A DNA stretch of 64,000 nt from Halarcobacter sp. (GCA_048571215.1 CP182352.1:320001-384000), one strand, 5' to 3'. Shown: positions 42,344 through 53,632, numbered from the stretch's first letter. Numbers and translations: made by a program. Notes: generated from the sequence alone by a model not told the origin.

Positions 42344-44094
42344 ATCAAAAAAAACATATTTCAGATCCCGAACATACTATAAACAAGAGGATAAATAAAC
42401 TTTATCCTCCTGAAATTGCTGAAAAAGCAGTGCATAGTATTATTGATTTAATATTTAAATATAGATCAAGGATAAGTTCAAAAGAGTATCATTTAAGTCA
42501 TAAAGATGTTATATTGATTACCTATGGTGATCAAGTTGCAAGGGATCATGAAGCATCTTTACACACGCTAAAAGAGTTTTTAGATAAGCACTTAAAAGGG
42601 GTAATAAATTCAGTACATATCTTACCTTTTTATCCAAGTTCTTCAGATAGTGGATTTTCAGTTGTAAATTATAGTGCCGTTGATCCACATATGGGTTCAT
42701 GGAGAGAGATAGAAACAATTAGTGCTGATTATAGACTTATGGTTGATGGAGTTATTAATCATATTTCACAGTTTTCTGATTGGTTTAAAGCTTTTTTATC
42801 AGGAGATAGATATTTTCAAGACTTTTTTATAGAGGTTGACCCTGCGATTGATTTGAGTGATGTAGTAAGACCAAGAGCATCACCTTTATTAAGTGAGTTT
42901 GTTGATAATGATGGAAAAATAAGAAATGTATGGACAACCTTTAGTAGAGATCAAGTTGATTTAAACTATAAAAACCATAGGGTTTTAAGAAATGTTCTTG
43001 ATGCTTTATTTTATTATATAGAAAAGGGTGCAACTTTAATTAGACTTGATGCAATTGCTTTTGTATGGAAAGAGATAGGAAGCCCCTGTGTTCATCTACC
43101 TCAAACCCATGAGTTGATACAACTAATAAGAGAGGTTCTTCACGAAGTTGCACCAGAAGTTATTATAATCACAGAAACAAATGTTCCCCACCATGAAAAT
43201 GTATCTTATTTTGGAAGTGGTGATGATGAAGCTCAAATGGTTTATAATTTTGCTTTACCACCTTTACTTGTTCACTCTGTATTGAACCAAAATACTGAAG
43301 CCTTATCAAACTGGGCAAAAACATTAAGCTTACCTAGTGATAAAGTTTGTTTTTTTAATTTTACTGCAAGCCATGATGGTATAGGATTACGACCTGTAAA
43401 TGGTGTATTAGCAGATGAAGATATTGATTTTTTAGTTAATAAAGTAAAAGAACATGGGGGATTAGTTTCATATAGAGCCGAATCAGATGGTACACAAAGC
43501 CCTTATGAGTTAAATTGTAGTTATATTGATGCTTTAAGTCATCCCAATGAAGATGATAGAACTAGAATGAAAAAAATGCTTTTAACCCAAGCTACAGTAT
43601 TAGCAATGCCTGGGGTTCCAGGTATATATTTCCATTCATTAGTTGGTTCTAGAAATTATAATGATGGAGTTAAACATACAGGAATCAATAGGTCAATAAA
43701 TAGAGAAAAATACAATATTGATTGGTTAGAGAGTGAACTATCTACTCAAGGTAGTTTGGCAAAAATGATTTTTGATAGTTATAAAAGGCTAATTTCAATA
43801 AGAATTAATGAGGATGCTTTTAATCCATTTGGTACTTTTAAGTTTTTAGATTTAGATAAAAGAGTTTTTGCAATTGATCAACAATGTTGTGGTCATAAAG
43901 AAAGAATTGTCGCAATTCATAATTTTTCAGACCAAGAAGTTATATGCAATTTGCCTGAAGATATTTTGTTACCATTGTGTGATATACTTACTTCAAGCTG
44001 TGCAAATTTTTCTTTTGATAATTTTAAAGAGAAGCAATCAAGAGAGATAGTATTAGAGCCATATCAAATAATGTGGCTTAAGGGAAAAGTTTAA
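42340..44094 (+). CDS. GH13_18 sugar phosphorylase, likely glucosylglycerate phosphorylase
   Basis: LITYGD, HILPFYP, WTTFSRDQVDLN, RLDA, ITETNVP, ASHDGIG, SPYELN; clustered with gpgS/gpgP and glycerate kinase. Confidence 0.85.
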   Translation: MNQKKHISDPEHTINKRINKLYPPEIAEKAVHSIIDLIFKYRSRISSKEYHLSHKDVILITYGDQVARDHEASLHTLKEFLDKHLKGVINSVHILPFYPSSSDSGFSVVNYSAVDPHMGSWREIETISADYRLMVDGVINHISQFSDWFKAFLSGDRYFQDFFIEVDPAIDLSDVVRPRASPLLSEFVDNDGKIRNVWTTFSRDQVDLNYKNHRVLRNVLDALFYYIEKGATLIRLDAIAFVWKEIGSPCVHLPQTHELIQLIREVLHEVAPEVIIITETNVPHHENVSYFGSGDDEAQMVYNFALPPLLVHSVLNQNTEALSNWAKTLSLPSDKVCFFNFTASHDGIGLRPVNGVLADEDIDFLVNKVKEHGGLVSYRAESDGTQSPYELNCSYIDALSHPNEDDRTRMKKMLLTQATVLAMPGVPGIYFHSLVGSRNYNDGVKHTGINRSINREKYNIDWLESELSTQGSLAKMIFDSYKRLISIRINEDAFNPFGTFKFLDLDKRVFAIDQQCCGHKERIVAIHNFSDQEVICNLPEDILLPLCDILTSSCANFSFDNFKEKQSREIVLEPYQIMWLKGKV

Positions 44095-44115
44095 AATTAT
44101 ATAAAATAGGAGAAG

Positions 44116-44952
44116 ATGATGATTAAAAAGTGTTTATTCCCAGCAGCAGGATACGGAACAAGGTTTTTACCAGCAACAAAGGCTATGCCAAAGGAGATGT
44201 TGCCAATTTTAACTAAACCACTTATTCAATATGGGGTTGAAGAAGCGATGGAAGCTGGATGTGATGTAATGGCAACTATAACAGGACGTGGGAAAAGAGC
44301 AATCACAGACCATTTTGATGTATCTTATGAGTTAGAACATCAAATTCAAGGTTCATCAAAAGAGAAGATGTTAGCAGATATTAGAAATATTATTGATAAA
44401 TGTACCTTTACTTATACAAGACAAAATGAGATGAAAGGTTTAGGTGATGCTATTTATAAAGGAAAAGTATTAGTTGGAGATAGTGCTCCTTTTGCAGTGA
44501 TTCTTGCAGATGATTTATGTGTTAACCCAAAAGGTGATGGGGTTTTAACTCAAATGGTAAATCTTTATGAAAAATATAAATGTTGTATTGTAGCAACCAT
44601 GGAAGTTCCTAAAGAGGAAGTTCATAAATATGGTGTTATTGAAGGAAGCAAAATAGAAGATGGTGTTTTTATGATTTCAAATATGGTGGAAAAACCAGAT
44701 AATGATAAAGCCCCTTCAAATCTTGCAGTTATTGGAAGATATATCTTAACTCCAGATATTTTTGAAGTGATAAAAAATACAAAACCTGGGAAAAATGGAG
44801 AGTTACAAATTACTGATGCCTTATGTACACAAGCAAAAAATGGAATGGTTTTAGCTTACAAGTTCAAAGGTAAAAGGTTTGATTGTGGTTCAGTTGATGG
44901 ATTTGTAGAAGCTACAAACTATTTTTATGAATTAGAAAAAAAGAAAAAATAA
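44116..44952 (+). CDS. galU: UTP-glucose-1-phosphate uridylyltransferase
   Basis: PAAGYGTRFLPATKAMPKEMLP, VEKP, GELQITDA. Confidence 0.96.
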   Translation: MMIKKCLFPAAGYGTRFLPATKAMPKEMLPILTKPLIQYGVEEAMEAGCDVMATITGRGKRAITDHFDVSYELEHQIQGSSKEKMLADIRNIIDKCTFTYTRQNEMKGLGDAIYKGKVLVGDSAPFAVILADDLCVNPKGDGVLTQMVNLYEKYKCCIVATMEVPKEEVHKYGVIEGSKIEDGVFMISNMVEKPDNDKAPSNLAVIGRYILTPDIFEVIKNTKPGKNGELQITDALCTQAKNGMVLAYKFKGKRFDCGSVDGFVEATNYFYELEKKKK

Positions 44953-44962
44953 AGAAGAAAAA

Positions 44963-46426
44963 ATGAGTTCAAAGAACAATCTATGTGATTTTGTTCTATT
45001 TGGGGGACATGGAGATTTGGCATTTAGAAAACTTATGCCAGCTCTATACCACCTATGTAGTGACGAATATATTTCAAGTGATAGTAGGATAATAACAGTA
45101 TCAAGAAAAGATATTAGTAGAGATGAACATATTGAACTAGTAAAAGAAAAACTAATAGAGTTTTTACCTAAAGATAGTTTTAGTAGTGAAGATTTTGAAA
45201 AATTCAAAAATAAATTGTATATGGTTACTTTAGATTTTCCAGATGCACAAAGTTATGAAAAACTAAGAGATTTATTAGATGAATTTGAAACAAGAGATAG
45301 GGTAAATTATCTTTCAACTTCACCGGATTTTTTTGGAAGTATTTGTCAAGCTTTAGATAAATGGAGTTTGATTAAGACAAATAGTAGAGTTGTTTTAGAA
45401 AAACCTTTAGGAAAGGACTTAAGCTCTTCAAGAGCGATAAATAAAAAGGTATTAAAATATTTCCAAGAGGATCAAGTGTTTAGAATTGATCACTATTTAG
45501 GTAAAGATACCGTACAAAATATTATGGCATTGAGATTTTCAAATAGATTGTTTATGCCTTTATGGAACTCAAATCATATAGACCATGTACAAATTACAGT
45601 TGCAGAAAGTGTAGGAGTTGAAGGTAGATGGGGTTATTATAATGAATATGGTGCTTTAAGGGATATGATTCAAAACCATTTAGTACAACTTCTTTGTTTA
45701 ATAGCAATGGAACCACCATGTTCTTTAGATGCAAATAGTGTTAGGGATGAGAAAGTAAAGGTATTAAGAAGCCTTAGAAAAATGAGTTTATCTGATATCG
45801 AATCAAAAACTGTTAGGGCTCAATATACACAAGGTGCCATTGATGGACAACCTGTTGGTGGTTATTTAGAGGGACATGATATTGCTAAAAGTGATACAGA
45901 AACTTTTGCAGCAATAAGGGTTGATATAGATAACTGGAGATGGAATCAAGTCCCTTTTTATATAAGGACAGGAAAAAGAATGCAAGAAAGAAATTCTGAG
46001 ATTGTTTTACAATTTAAGTCTGTTCCCCATTCAATTTTTCCAAACAATGGAGCTTCAATTTGTGCAAATAAACTTGTAATAACTCTTCAACCAAATGAGA
46101 GTATTGAATTAAAGCTTATGAATAAAACTCCTGGAATTAGTGATACTATGAGATTACAACAAGTTGATTTAGAACTTAATGCACCTTTAGATTTAAAAAG
46201 AAAACCAGATGCATACGAAAGATTGATTTTAGATGTTATTCAAGATAATGCAACTCTTTTTATGAGACTTGATGAGGTTGAGGCTGCATGGAAATGGACC
46301 GATGAGATTATAAAAGGTTGGGAAGATAATATTGTACCTCTAAAAACATATACAGCTGGTACAAATGGACCATCTGCATGTTATCAGCTTATTGCCCAAG
46401 ATGGAAGAAGTTGGAACGATGAGTAG
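44963..46426 (+). CDS. zwf: Glucose-6-phosphate dehydrogenase
   Basis: GGHGDLA, EKPLG, RIDHYLGK. Confidence 0.97.
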   Translation: MSSKNNLCDFVLFGGHGDLAFRKLMPALYHLCSDEYISSDSRIITVSRKDISRDEHIELVKEKLIEFLPKDSFSSEDFEKFKNKLYMVTLDFPDAQSYEKLRDLLDEFETRDRVNYLSTSPDFFGSICQALDKWSLIKTNSRVVLEKPLGKDLSSSRAINKKVLKYFQEDQVFRIDHYLGKDTVQNIMALRFSNRLFMPLWNSNHIDHVQITVAESVGVEGRWGYYNEYGALRDMIQNHLVQLLCLIAMEPPCSLDANSVRDEKVKVLRSLRKMSLSDIESKTVRAQYTQGAIDGQPVGGYLEGHDIAKSDTETFAAIRVDIDNWRWNQVPFYIRTGKRMQERNSEIVLQFKSVPHSIFPNNGASICANKLVITLQPNESIELKLMNKTPGISDTMRLQQVDLELNAPLDLKRKPDAYERLILDVIQDNATLFMRLDEVEAAWKWTDEIIKGWEDNIVPLKTYTAGTNGPSACYQLIAQDGRSWNDE

Positions 46427-47111
46427 TATTTTAAAAAAATTTGATACCCCTAGTAGCTTAGTTGATAATTTGGCTTCACAAATAATAAAAGATTTGGAAG
46501 ATGCAATTTTAAAAAAAGGTGAAGCAACACTGCTTGTTTCAGGGGGAAATACTCCAAAACCACTTTTTGAAAAACTTTCAAATATAGATTTTCAGTGGGA
46601 AAAAATTACTATTGCTTTAGTTGATGAGAGATGGATAGATACAACAAATTGTAATAGTAATGAAAATTTAGTTAAAAACTTTTTGCTTAAAAACTATGCA
46701 TCAAAGGCAAAGTTTATTGGTATGTATATTTTAGCAAAAGAGATAACTGAGTGTGAAGAGTATTGCTCAAAAGCTTACCAAAAACTTTTTCCTTTTGATG
46801 TTATTATTTTAGGTATGGGAAATGATGCTCATACGGCTTCTTTATTCCCAAATAATAAAAGACTAAAAGAGGGATTTGATTTAGATTCTAGTGCTTTGTG
46901 TTTAAGTATAGAGCCAGAAACTGCACCATATACTAGAATGAGTTTAAATCTAAAAGCAATACTTAGTGCAGATAAAATTTACTTACATATTGAAGGACAA
47001 GAAAAGTTTGATGTATATAAAAAAGCTTTAGAAAGTAAAGATATTTATACAACTCCTATAAGTTCAGTTTTAAACTCTGAACATAAAAATATTGAGGTAT
47101 TTTACTCATGA
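46419..47111 (+). CDS. pgl: 6-phosphogluconolactonase
   Basis: Likely ATG at 46419; VSGGNTP, VDERW, LGMGNDAHTASLFP. Confidence 0.94.
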   Translation: MSSILKKFDTPSSLVDNLASQIIKDLEDAILKKGEATLLVSGGNTPKPLFEKLSNIDFQWEKITIALVDERWIDTTNCNSNENLVKNFLLKNYASKAKFIGMYILAKEITECEEYCSKAYQKLFPFDVIILGMGNDAHTASLFPNNKRLKEGFDLDSSALCLSIEPETAPYTRMSLNLKAILSADKIYLHIEGQEKFDVYKKALESKDIYTTPISSVLNSEHKNIEVFYS

Positions 47112-48928
47112 ATGAAATTATAAAAGATGTAACAAATAGGGTAATTGAACGATCAATACCTAGTCGTGAAATATATTTAAAAAAAGTAGCACATGCTAAA
47201 AAAAATGTGGTAAACAGGAAAACTTTGGGTTGTAGTAATCTTGCCCATGCAGCAGCTCCATTAAATAGTGATGAAAAAAAACAACTATTAAATAGTGATG
47301 ATTATAATATGGCAATAGTAACAGCATATAATGATATGTTATCTGCCCATGAACCTTATAGTGTATATCCAGCCTTATTAAAAAGAGCCTTAATGGAATA
47401 TGGAGTATCTGCACAAGTTGCAGGTGGAGTACCTGCTATGTGTGATGGGGTTACTCAAAGTCAAACAGGAATGGAACTTAGTTTATTTAGTAGGGATAAT
47501 ATTGCTATGGGAACAGCAATAGCCTTATCACACAATGTATATGATGGAGCTTTTTACCTTGGTGTTTGTGATAAGATTGTACCTGGACTTTTAATAGGGG
47601 CTTTGAGTTTTGGAAACCTTCCTGCAATATTTGTACCAGCTGGACCAATGCCTTCTGGGATTTCAAATACCCAAAAAGCACAAGTAAGACAAGATTATGC
47701 TAGTGGAAAGGCTGATGAAAAGGCACTTTTAAATGCAGAATCAGCTTCATATCATACAAGTGGTACTTGTACCTTTTATGGAACTGCAAACTCAAACCAA
47801 ATGCTTTTAGAGATGATGGGACTTCAACTCCCAAATAGTTCCTTTGTAAATGCAAACACACAATTAAGGGATTTACTTACCCAAGAAGCAGCAAGAACTT
47901 TAGTGGAATTAACAAAAAGCAAACTTAGTATTAGTGATATTGTAGATGAAAAAAGTTTTATAAATGCGATTATCGGGCTTATGGCAACAGGTGGTTCATC
48001 TAACCATACAATTCATTTAATAGCAATGGCAAAAGCAGCTGGGATTGTATTAACTTGGGATGATTTTAATGAGATTTCAAAAGTTATTCCACTTTTATGT
48101 AAACTTTATCCAAATGGAAGTGCTGATGTAAATCATTTTAGAGAAGCAGGTGGTATGAGTGTAGTTATAAATGAACTACTTGAATATGGTTTAGTACATG
48201 ATGATGTACAAACTGTTGTTGGTTTTGGTTTAGAAAAATATATAGTTGAACCAAAAGTTGAAAATGATAGTTTAGTATTTGCAGATGGTTCTATAGTTTC
48301 AAAAGATGAAAATATAATCTCAACTGTTCAAAAACCTTTTAATATAGAGGGTGGAATAAAACTTTTAAAAGGAAATATTGGGAGAAGTGTAATAAAAACT
48401 TCAGCTTTAAAAAATCAAAAAATGATTATTGAAGCACCAGCAATTGTTTTTAATTCCCAAGAAGAGTTACAAACTGCTTTTAAAGCAGGTGAGTTAGAAA
48501 AAGATTTTATTGCAGTTGTACGATATCAAGGACCTAAATCAAATGGTATGCCAGAGCTTCATGGGCTTATGCCTCCCCTTGGAGTTTTACAAGACAAAGG
48601 TTTTAAAGTTGCTATTGTAACAGATGGTAGAATGTCAGGGGCTTCAGGAAAAGTCCCTTCAGCAATCCACCTTACACCTGAAGCAAAGAGTGATACAGTC
48701 TTAGCAAAAATAAAAACTGGTGATATGATAAGATTTGATTTAGAAAAAAATGAAGTGGAACTTTTAGTTTCACAAGAAGAATTAGATAAACGGCAGATTG
48801 AAGAAGTTGATTTATCTTCTAATAAAATGGGTATGGGGAGAGAATTATTTACTACTGTTAGAGCCAATATTTCCCAAGCAGAAGATGGTGCAACAATATT
48901 TAAATTACCAGGTAAGGAGCTTGCATGA
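47108..48928 (+). CDS. edd: 6-phosphogluconate dehydratase
   Basis: YNDMLSAH, PAMCDGVTQ, GTCTFYGTANSNQ, TDGRMSGASG. Confidence 0.97.
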   Translation: MNEIIKDVTNRVIERSIPSREIYLKKVAHAKKNVVNRKTLGCSNLAHAAAPLNSDEKKQLLNSDDYNMAIVTAYNDMLSAHEPYSVYPALLKRALMEYGVSAQVAGGVPAMCDGVTQSQTGMELSLFSRDNIAMGTAIALSHNVYDGAFYLGVCDKIVPGLLIGALSFGNLPAIFVPAGPMPSGISNTQKAQVRQDYASGKADEKALLNAESASYHTSGTCTFYGTANSNQMLLEMMGLQLPNSSFVNANTQLRDLLTQEAARTLVELTKSKLSISDIVDEKSFINAIIGLMATGGSSNHTIHLIAMAKAAGIVLTWDDFNEISKVIPLLCKLYPNGSADVNHFREAGGMSVVINELLEYGLVHDDVQTVVGFGLEKYIVEPKVENDSLVFADGSIVSKDENIISTVQKPFNIEGGIKLLKGNIGRSVIKTSALKNQKMIIEAPAIVFNSQEELQTAFKAGELEKDFIAVVRYQGPKSNGMPELHGLMPPLGVLQDKGFKVAIVTDGRMSGASGKVPSAIHLTPEAKSDTVLAKIKTGDMIRFDLEKNEVELLVSQEELDKRQIEEVDLSSNKMGMGRELFTTVRANISQAEDGATIFKLPGKELA

Positions 48929-49548
48929 ATGCAAATGATGTGATGAATATCTCACCTATTGTTCCAGTTATTGCAATAGATGATAAGAAAGATGCTTTAC
49001 CTTTAGCAAAAGCTTTAAGTGAAGGTGGAATAAATATTATGGAGATAACTTTAAGAACTTCTGCTGGTCTTAAAGCTATTGAACTTATTTCAAAAGAGTT
49101 TCCTACTATGAATGTGGGAGCTGGAACCGTTTGCAATGAAGAAGATCTAGTAAAATCAAAAGATGCAGGTTCTAAATTTGTTTTTTCACCTGGTATTTCT
49201 CAAGAATTAATAGATGCCTCTAAAAAACACAATATCACACTAATCCCTGGAGTTGCAACTTCAAGTGAAGTTATGTTAGCACAAAATAATGGTATATTTA
49301 ATTGCAAACTTTTCCCAGCAACCTTAAGTGGAGGAGTAGATATCTTAAAGGCTTTTTCAGGACCTTTTGCAAAAATGAGATTTTGTCCAACAGGTGGAGT
49401 AAATCTAAAGAATCTAAATGATTTTTTAAGTTTAAAAAATGTTATGTGTGTGGGGGGAACTTGGATTGTTCCAAAAGATGCTATAGAAAATAAAGATTTT
49501 GGAAAAATAACTGCACTTTGTAAAGAAGCTATAAATAATATTAATTAA
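48925..49548 (+). CDS. eda: KDPG aldolase
   Basis: EITLRT, GAGTV, KLFPA, FCPTGGV. Confidence 0.96.
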   Translation: MNANDVMNISPIVPVIAIDDKKDALPLAKALSEGGINIMEITLRTSAGLKAIELISKEFPTMNVGAGTVCNEEDLVKSKDAGSKFVFSPGISQELIDASKKHNITLIPGVATSSEVMLAQNNGIFNCKLFPATLSGGVDILKAFSGPFAKMRFCPTGGVNLKNLNDFLSLKNVMCVGGTWIVPKDAIENKDFGKITALCKEAINNIN

Positions 49549-49560
49549 AAGGTTTTAACA

Positions 49561-51195
49561 ATGAATGGGAAAAGAGATTTACTTTTTGATGAGTTAAAAA
49601 AGTTAAAAACAGATATTCAAAAAAATGACTTAAAAGAACTTTTTAATTTAAATCCAAAGAGATTTGAACAGCTTAGTATCTCACATGAAGATATGATATT
49701 AGACTATTCAAAAATACATTTAGATAAAGATATATTATCAAAACTTTTTGAAGTGGCAAAAGTTTGTGAAGTTGAAGAAAAAAGAGATGCTATGTTTAGA
49801 GGTGATAAGATTAATATCACTGAAAATAGAGCAGTTCTTCATACTGCCTTACGAAATGATATAAATAAGCCTGTTTATGTGGATGGTAAAAATATTATGC
49901 CAGATGTCGCAAGTGTTTTAGAAAAAATGACCTCATTTTCAAATGATATAAGAGCTGGAAAAATACTTTCATCATCAAATGAAAAATTTACAGATATAGT
50001 TAATATTGGAATAGGGGGATCACATTTAGGTCCTGAGATGGTGACACAAGCTTTAAAACCATATCACGATGGGCCAAAGTTACATTTTGTTTCAAATATT
50101 GATTCTTCACATATTAGTGATACTATAAAAGATTTAAATCCTTCAACAACTTTGTTTATTGTTGCTTCTAAAACCTTTACAACAATCGAAACTATGACAA
50201 ATGCAAAATCGGCTAAGAGATGGCTTGTTCAATCACTAGGTGTTGAAAAGGCAAACTTACATTTTGTTGCACTTTCAACTGCTTTAGAGAAAACAAAAGA
50301 GTTTGGAATTGAAGATGATAGAGTGTTTGGATTTTGGGATTGGGTTGGTGGAAGATACTCGATTTGGAGTGCTATAGGCTTAAGTGTGATGTTGGCAATT
50401 GGGGCTGATAACTTTAAAGAGTTTTTATTGGGTGCTTATGAGATGGATGAACACTTTAAAAATACTCCGTGTGAACAAAATATGCCTATGATTTTAGGTC
50501 TTATTGGGATTTGGCATAGAAATATTTGCAACTATCCTACAAGGGCTATTTTACCTTATGATCAAAGATTGAAATCTTTCACTTCATATATTCAACAATT
50601 AGATATGGAGTCAAATGGTAAAAGGGTTTCCTCTTTAGGAGATGAGTTAGATATAAAAACAGGTCCAGTTGTTTGGGGAGAAGCGGGAACCAACTCGCAA
50701 CACTCATTTTTTCAATTATTACACCAAGGAACTAATATAACTCCATGCGAGTTTATGGTGGGGGTTAATAACCATGAAGAGGATATGAAAATACATAATG
50801 ATTTGCTTATGGCAAACTGTTTAGCCCAAAGTCAAGCTTTGATGAATGGAAGAGATATAAATGAGGTTAAACAAATATTAAAAGATTCAGGACTAGATGA
50901 AAAACATATAGAAGCTTTGGCTAGCCACAAAGTATTTAAAGGGAATAGACCCTCATCAACTCTAATCTACAAAATACTTGACCCAAAAACATTAGGAAAA
51001 ATTATTGCACTTTATGAGCATAGAGTTTTTGTAGAAGGTGCCATTTGGAATATTGATTCCTTTGATCAATGGGGAGTAGAACTTGGAAAAGAGTTAGCTA
51101 CAAAAATGGTTTCATATCTACAAGATAAAGAGCCTAGCGGTATTGATTCTTCTAGTGTGGGACTTCTTAATGCAATTAAACTTTGGAGTAAATAA
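49561..51195 (+). CDS. pgi: Glucose-6-phosphate isomerase
   Basis: GIGGSHLG, SKTFTT, VGGRYS, MESNGK, FDQWGVELGK. Confidence 0.97.
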   Translation: MNGKRDLLFDELKKLKTDIQKNDLKELFNLNPKRFEQLSISHEDMILDYSKIHLDKDILSKLFEVAKVCEVEEKRDAMFRGDKINITENRAVLHTALRNDINKPVYVDGKNIMPDVASVLEKMTSFSNDIRAGKILSSSNEKFTDIVNIGIGGSHLGPEMVTQALKPYHDGPKLHFVSNIDSSHISDTIKDLNPSTTLFIVASKTFTTIETMTNAKSAKRWLVQSLGVEKANLHFVALSTALEKTKEFGIEDDRVFGFWDWVGGRYSIWSAIGLSVMLAIGADNFKEFLLGAYEMDEHFKNTPCEQNMPMILGLIGIWHRNICNYPTRAILPYDQRLKSFTSYIQQLDMESNGKRVSSLGDELDIKTGPVVWGEAGTNSQHSFFQLLHQGTNITPCEFMVGVNNHEEDMKIHNDLLMANCLAQSQALMNGRDINEVKQILKDSGLDEKHIEALASHKVFKGNRPSSTLIYKILDPKTLGKIIALYEHRVFVEGAIWNIDSFDQWGVELGKELATKMVSYLQDKEPSGIDSSSVGLLNAIKLWSK

Positions 51196-51352
51196 AATAT
51201 TTAATTCTTGTAATAATAAAGACAGAAATTTTGAGTAAATTCTAGAATTTTTTAAAATAATTTTCATATTAATATACCTTGATAAAAAAATGATACTTTC
51301 TTAATACTTTTTTTTGTTATAATACTAAAATTTTATTATAAGGGTTGTTTTA

Positions 51353-53632
51353 TTGTTTAAAAAGAATTATAAGAATTTATTTATATATACTTATGTTACA
51401 AGCATTGTAATTGTTATTGTTTTAATCTCTTTTATATTTAATATAACAAAAGAGAGTGATATATCTAAAATATCTATAGAAAATTTAAAATCCAAGATGA
51501 GTGAACGAGAAAATTTCTTATTATCTTATATAAATACTTATAAAAGTTCATTGTTATCATTATCTCAAGATACTACTTTTAATGACTACTTAAATGATAA
51601 TAGTTTTAAAACCCTAGTCAATAATCAATTTCTAACTATAGTAAAATCTGAAGAAGCAATTTCAAAAATAACTTATATAGGTTTAGATGGTTTTGAAAAA
51701 ATTAGAGTTAAAAAAAATGTTCACAATAAATATATAATTGAAAAAGATTTACAAGATAGCCCTAATAAAGAGTATTTGAAAGAATTTACTAATTTAAAAA
51801 GAGGACAGGTAAGTTCTTCAAAAATTGAATTGAGAAAAGAGTTAGGAGAAATTGTTAAGCCAAAGGAGATTATCCTTAACTTAGCTACTCCTGTATATGA
51901 TATCTTAGAAAAAAATAGGGGAGTATTAATTTTTACTATATCACTTAATAAATTTTTTGATGATTTTCATAAAACAACACTTTATAATGTCTACTTAGTA
52001 GATAATTTTGGTAGATATATTTTCCATTATGATAAAAACAAAGGTTTAACTAGTAAGAGTTTTTATAGTTATACTTTAACAAATGAGTTTGGAAAAGATA
52101 CTGCTTTAAAGATTTTAAATACAAAAGATTATTTAGGGTCTGAATTTTATTCAAAAAAAATTGATAATTTTGAAAATGGTCAATCTTTAGTTTTACTTTT
52201 AGACTTAAAATATGGAAAACTTATTAAAGAAAAACAGAGTGAACAACTTATATTTTATATAGCAACTATCCTAATAGCTTTTGTAATTTTCCCTTTAGTT
52301 TTGAGTTTTGCAAGAAGAACAGATCAGTTAAGGGAAAAGGTTAATGATAGTTTTAATATTGATAAACTTACTGATTTGCCAAATAGAATTGAACTTTTTA
52401 GCGATTTAGAAAAAAGAGTATTTGAAAATTCAATTATAATATTAATTCATATTGACAATTATAATAAGCTAAAAAATGTATATGGATATGAAGCGATACA
52501 AATTGCAGTTAAAAAATTATCAGATTTTTTAATTAGTAGTGAAATGTCTGATGATATTACAAAGGTTTATAGTGTATCAAAAGATTCTTTTGCATTAAAA
52601 TATGATTATTCAAGTGATTTGAAATTAAATAGTTTTCTTCAAGAGCTTCATAATATATTTGAAAAGAAAAGATTTTATATTTTAGATGATTTAGATATAT
52701 CTTTTGATTTAACTTTAGCAGCAAGTAACCCTTATAAATTAAATAACAATGTGGATGAATTAAAAGAAGCAGAGATTGCTTTGGAACATGCTTTAAGTGA
52801 AAAACACGATATATATGTTTACAATGAGCAAGTTGAAAACAATATAAATGTAAATAGAAAAAATATAGAGATGGTAAGGGTTATAAAAAAAGCAATACAA
52901 AATGATGGAGTTGTAGTATATTTTCAACCAATTTACAATAATTATAAGAAAAAAATAGAAAAATATGAATCTTTAGTCAGATTAAAAGTTGATGGGAAAA
53001 TGTATTTCCCCGATGAGTTCTTACCTATATCAAAAGATATCAAAAAATATAAAACATTAACAAAAATAATAATAGATAAATCATTTTCTTTTTTTAAAGA
53101 AAAAGAGTTTGAGTTTTCAATAAACTTAACAATGGAAGATATTATAAGTGATGAGATTAGGGAGTACCTTTTTGAAAGAATAAGAAATAGTACTATGCCT
53201 CAAAACTTAGTTATAGAGATTGTAGAGTCAGAATCGATAAAAGATTATGAACAGTTTGTAAAGTTTATAAAAAAAGTTAAAAGTTTAGGGTGTAAAATTG
53301 CCATTGATGATTTTGGTTCAGGATACTCAAACTTTGATTATATAGTAAAACTAAATGAATATATAGATTATCTTAAAATAGATGGTTCTTTAGTTGTGGG
53401 GATTGAAAAAAATAAAAAAAACCAATTGATTATTGGAACAATAAAATTTTTATGTGATAATTTAGGAATAGATACAATAGTTGAATATGTAGAAAACAAA
53501 GAGTCTTTTGATTTTATTAAATCTATGAACATCGATTTCTCCCAAGGTTATTATATTGGAAAACCAGATGAGTGTATCTCTTCTAATATGGATTTTGAAG
53601 ATGAAGAGGAAAAAAATCCTTTCTCTTTTTGA
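51353..53632 (+). CDS. Cache-type sensor with degenerate GGDEF and EAL domain (probable c-di-GMP phosphodiesterase)
   Basis: Two TM segments flanking a Cache-like domain; GGDEF replaced by SKDSF; ESL, EIVESE, DDFGSGYS and QGY present. Confidence 0.85.
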   Translation: MFKKNYKNLFIYTYVTSIVIVIVLISFIFNITKESDISKISIENLKSKMSERENFLLSYINTYKSSLLSLSQDTTFNDYLNDNSFKTLVNNQFLTIVKSEEAISKITYIGLDGFEKIRVKKNVHNKYIIEKDLQDSPNKEYLKEFTNLKRGQVSSSKIELRKELGEIVKPKEIILNLATPVYDILEKNRGVLIFTISLNKFFDDFHKTTLYNVYLVDNFGRYIFHYDKNKGLTSKSFYSYTLTNEFGKDTALKILNTKDYLGSEFYSKKIDNFENGQSLVLLLDLKYGKLIKEKQSEQLIFYIATILIAFVIFPLVLSFARRTDQLREKVNDSFNIDKLTDLPNRIELFSDLEKRVFENSIIILIHIDNYNKLKNVYGYEAIQIAVKKLSDFLISSEMSDDITKVYSVSKDSFALKYDYSSDLKLNSFLQELHNIFEKKRFYILDDLDISFDLTLAASNPYKLNNNVDELKEAEIALEHALSEKHDIYVYNEQVENNINVNRKNIEMVRVIKKAIQNDGVVVYFQPIYNNYKKKIEKYESLVRLKVDGKMYFPDEFLPISKDIKKYKTLTKIIIDKSFSFFKEKEFEFSINLTMEDIISDEIREYLFERIRNSTMPQNLVIEIVESESIKDYEQFVKFIKKVKSLGCKIAIDDFGSGYSNFDYIVKLNEYIDYLKIDGSLVVGIEKNKKNQLIIGTIKFLCDNLGIDTIVEYVENKESFDFIKSMNIDFSQGYYIGKPDECISSNMDFEDEEEKNPFSF

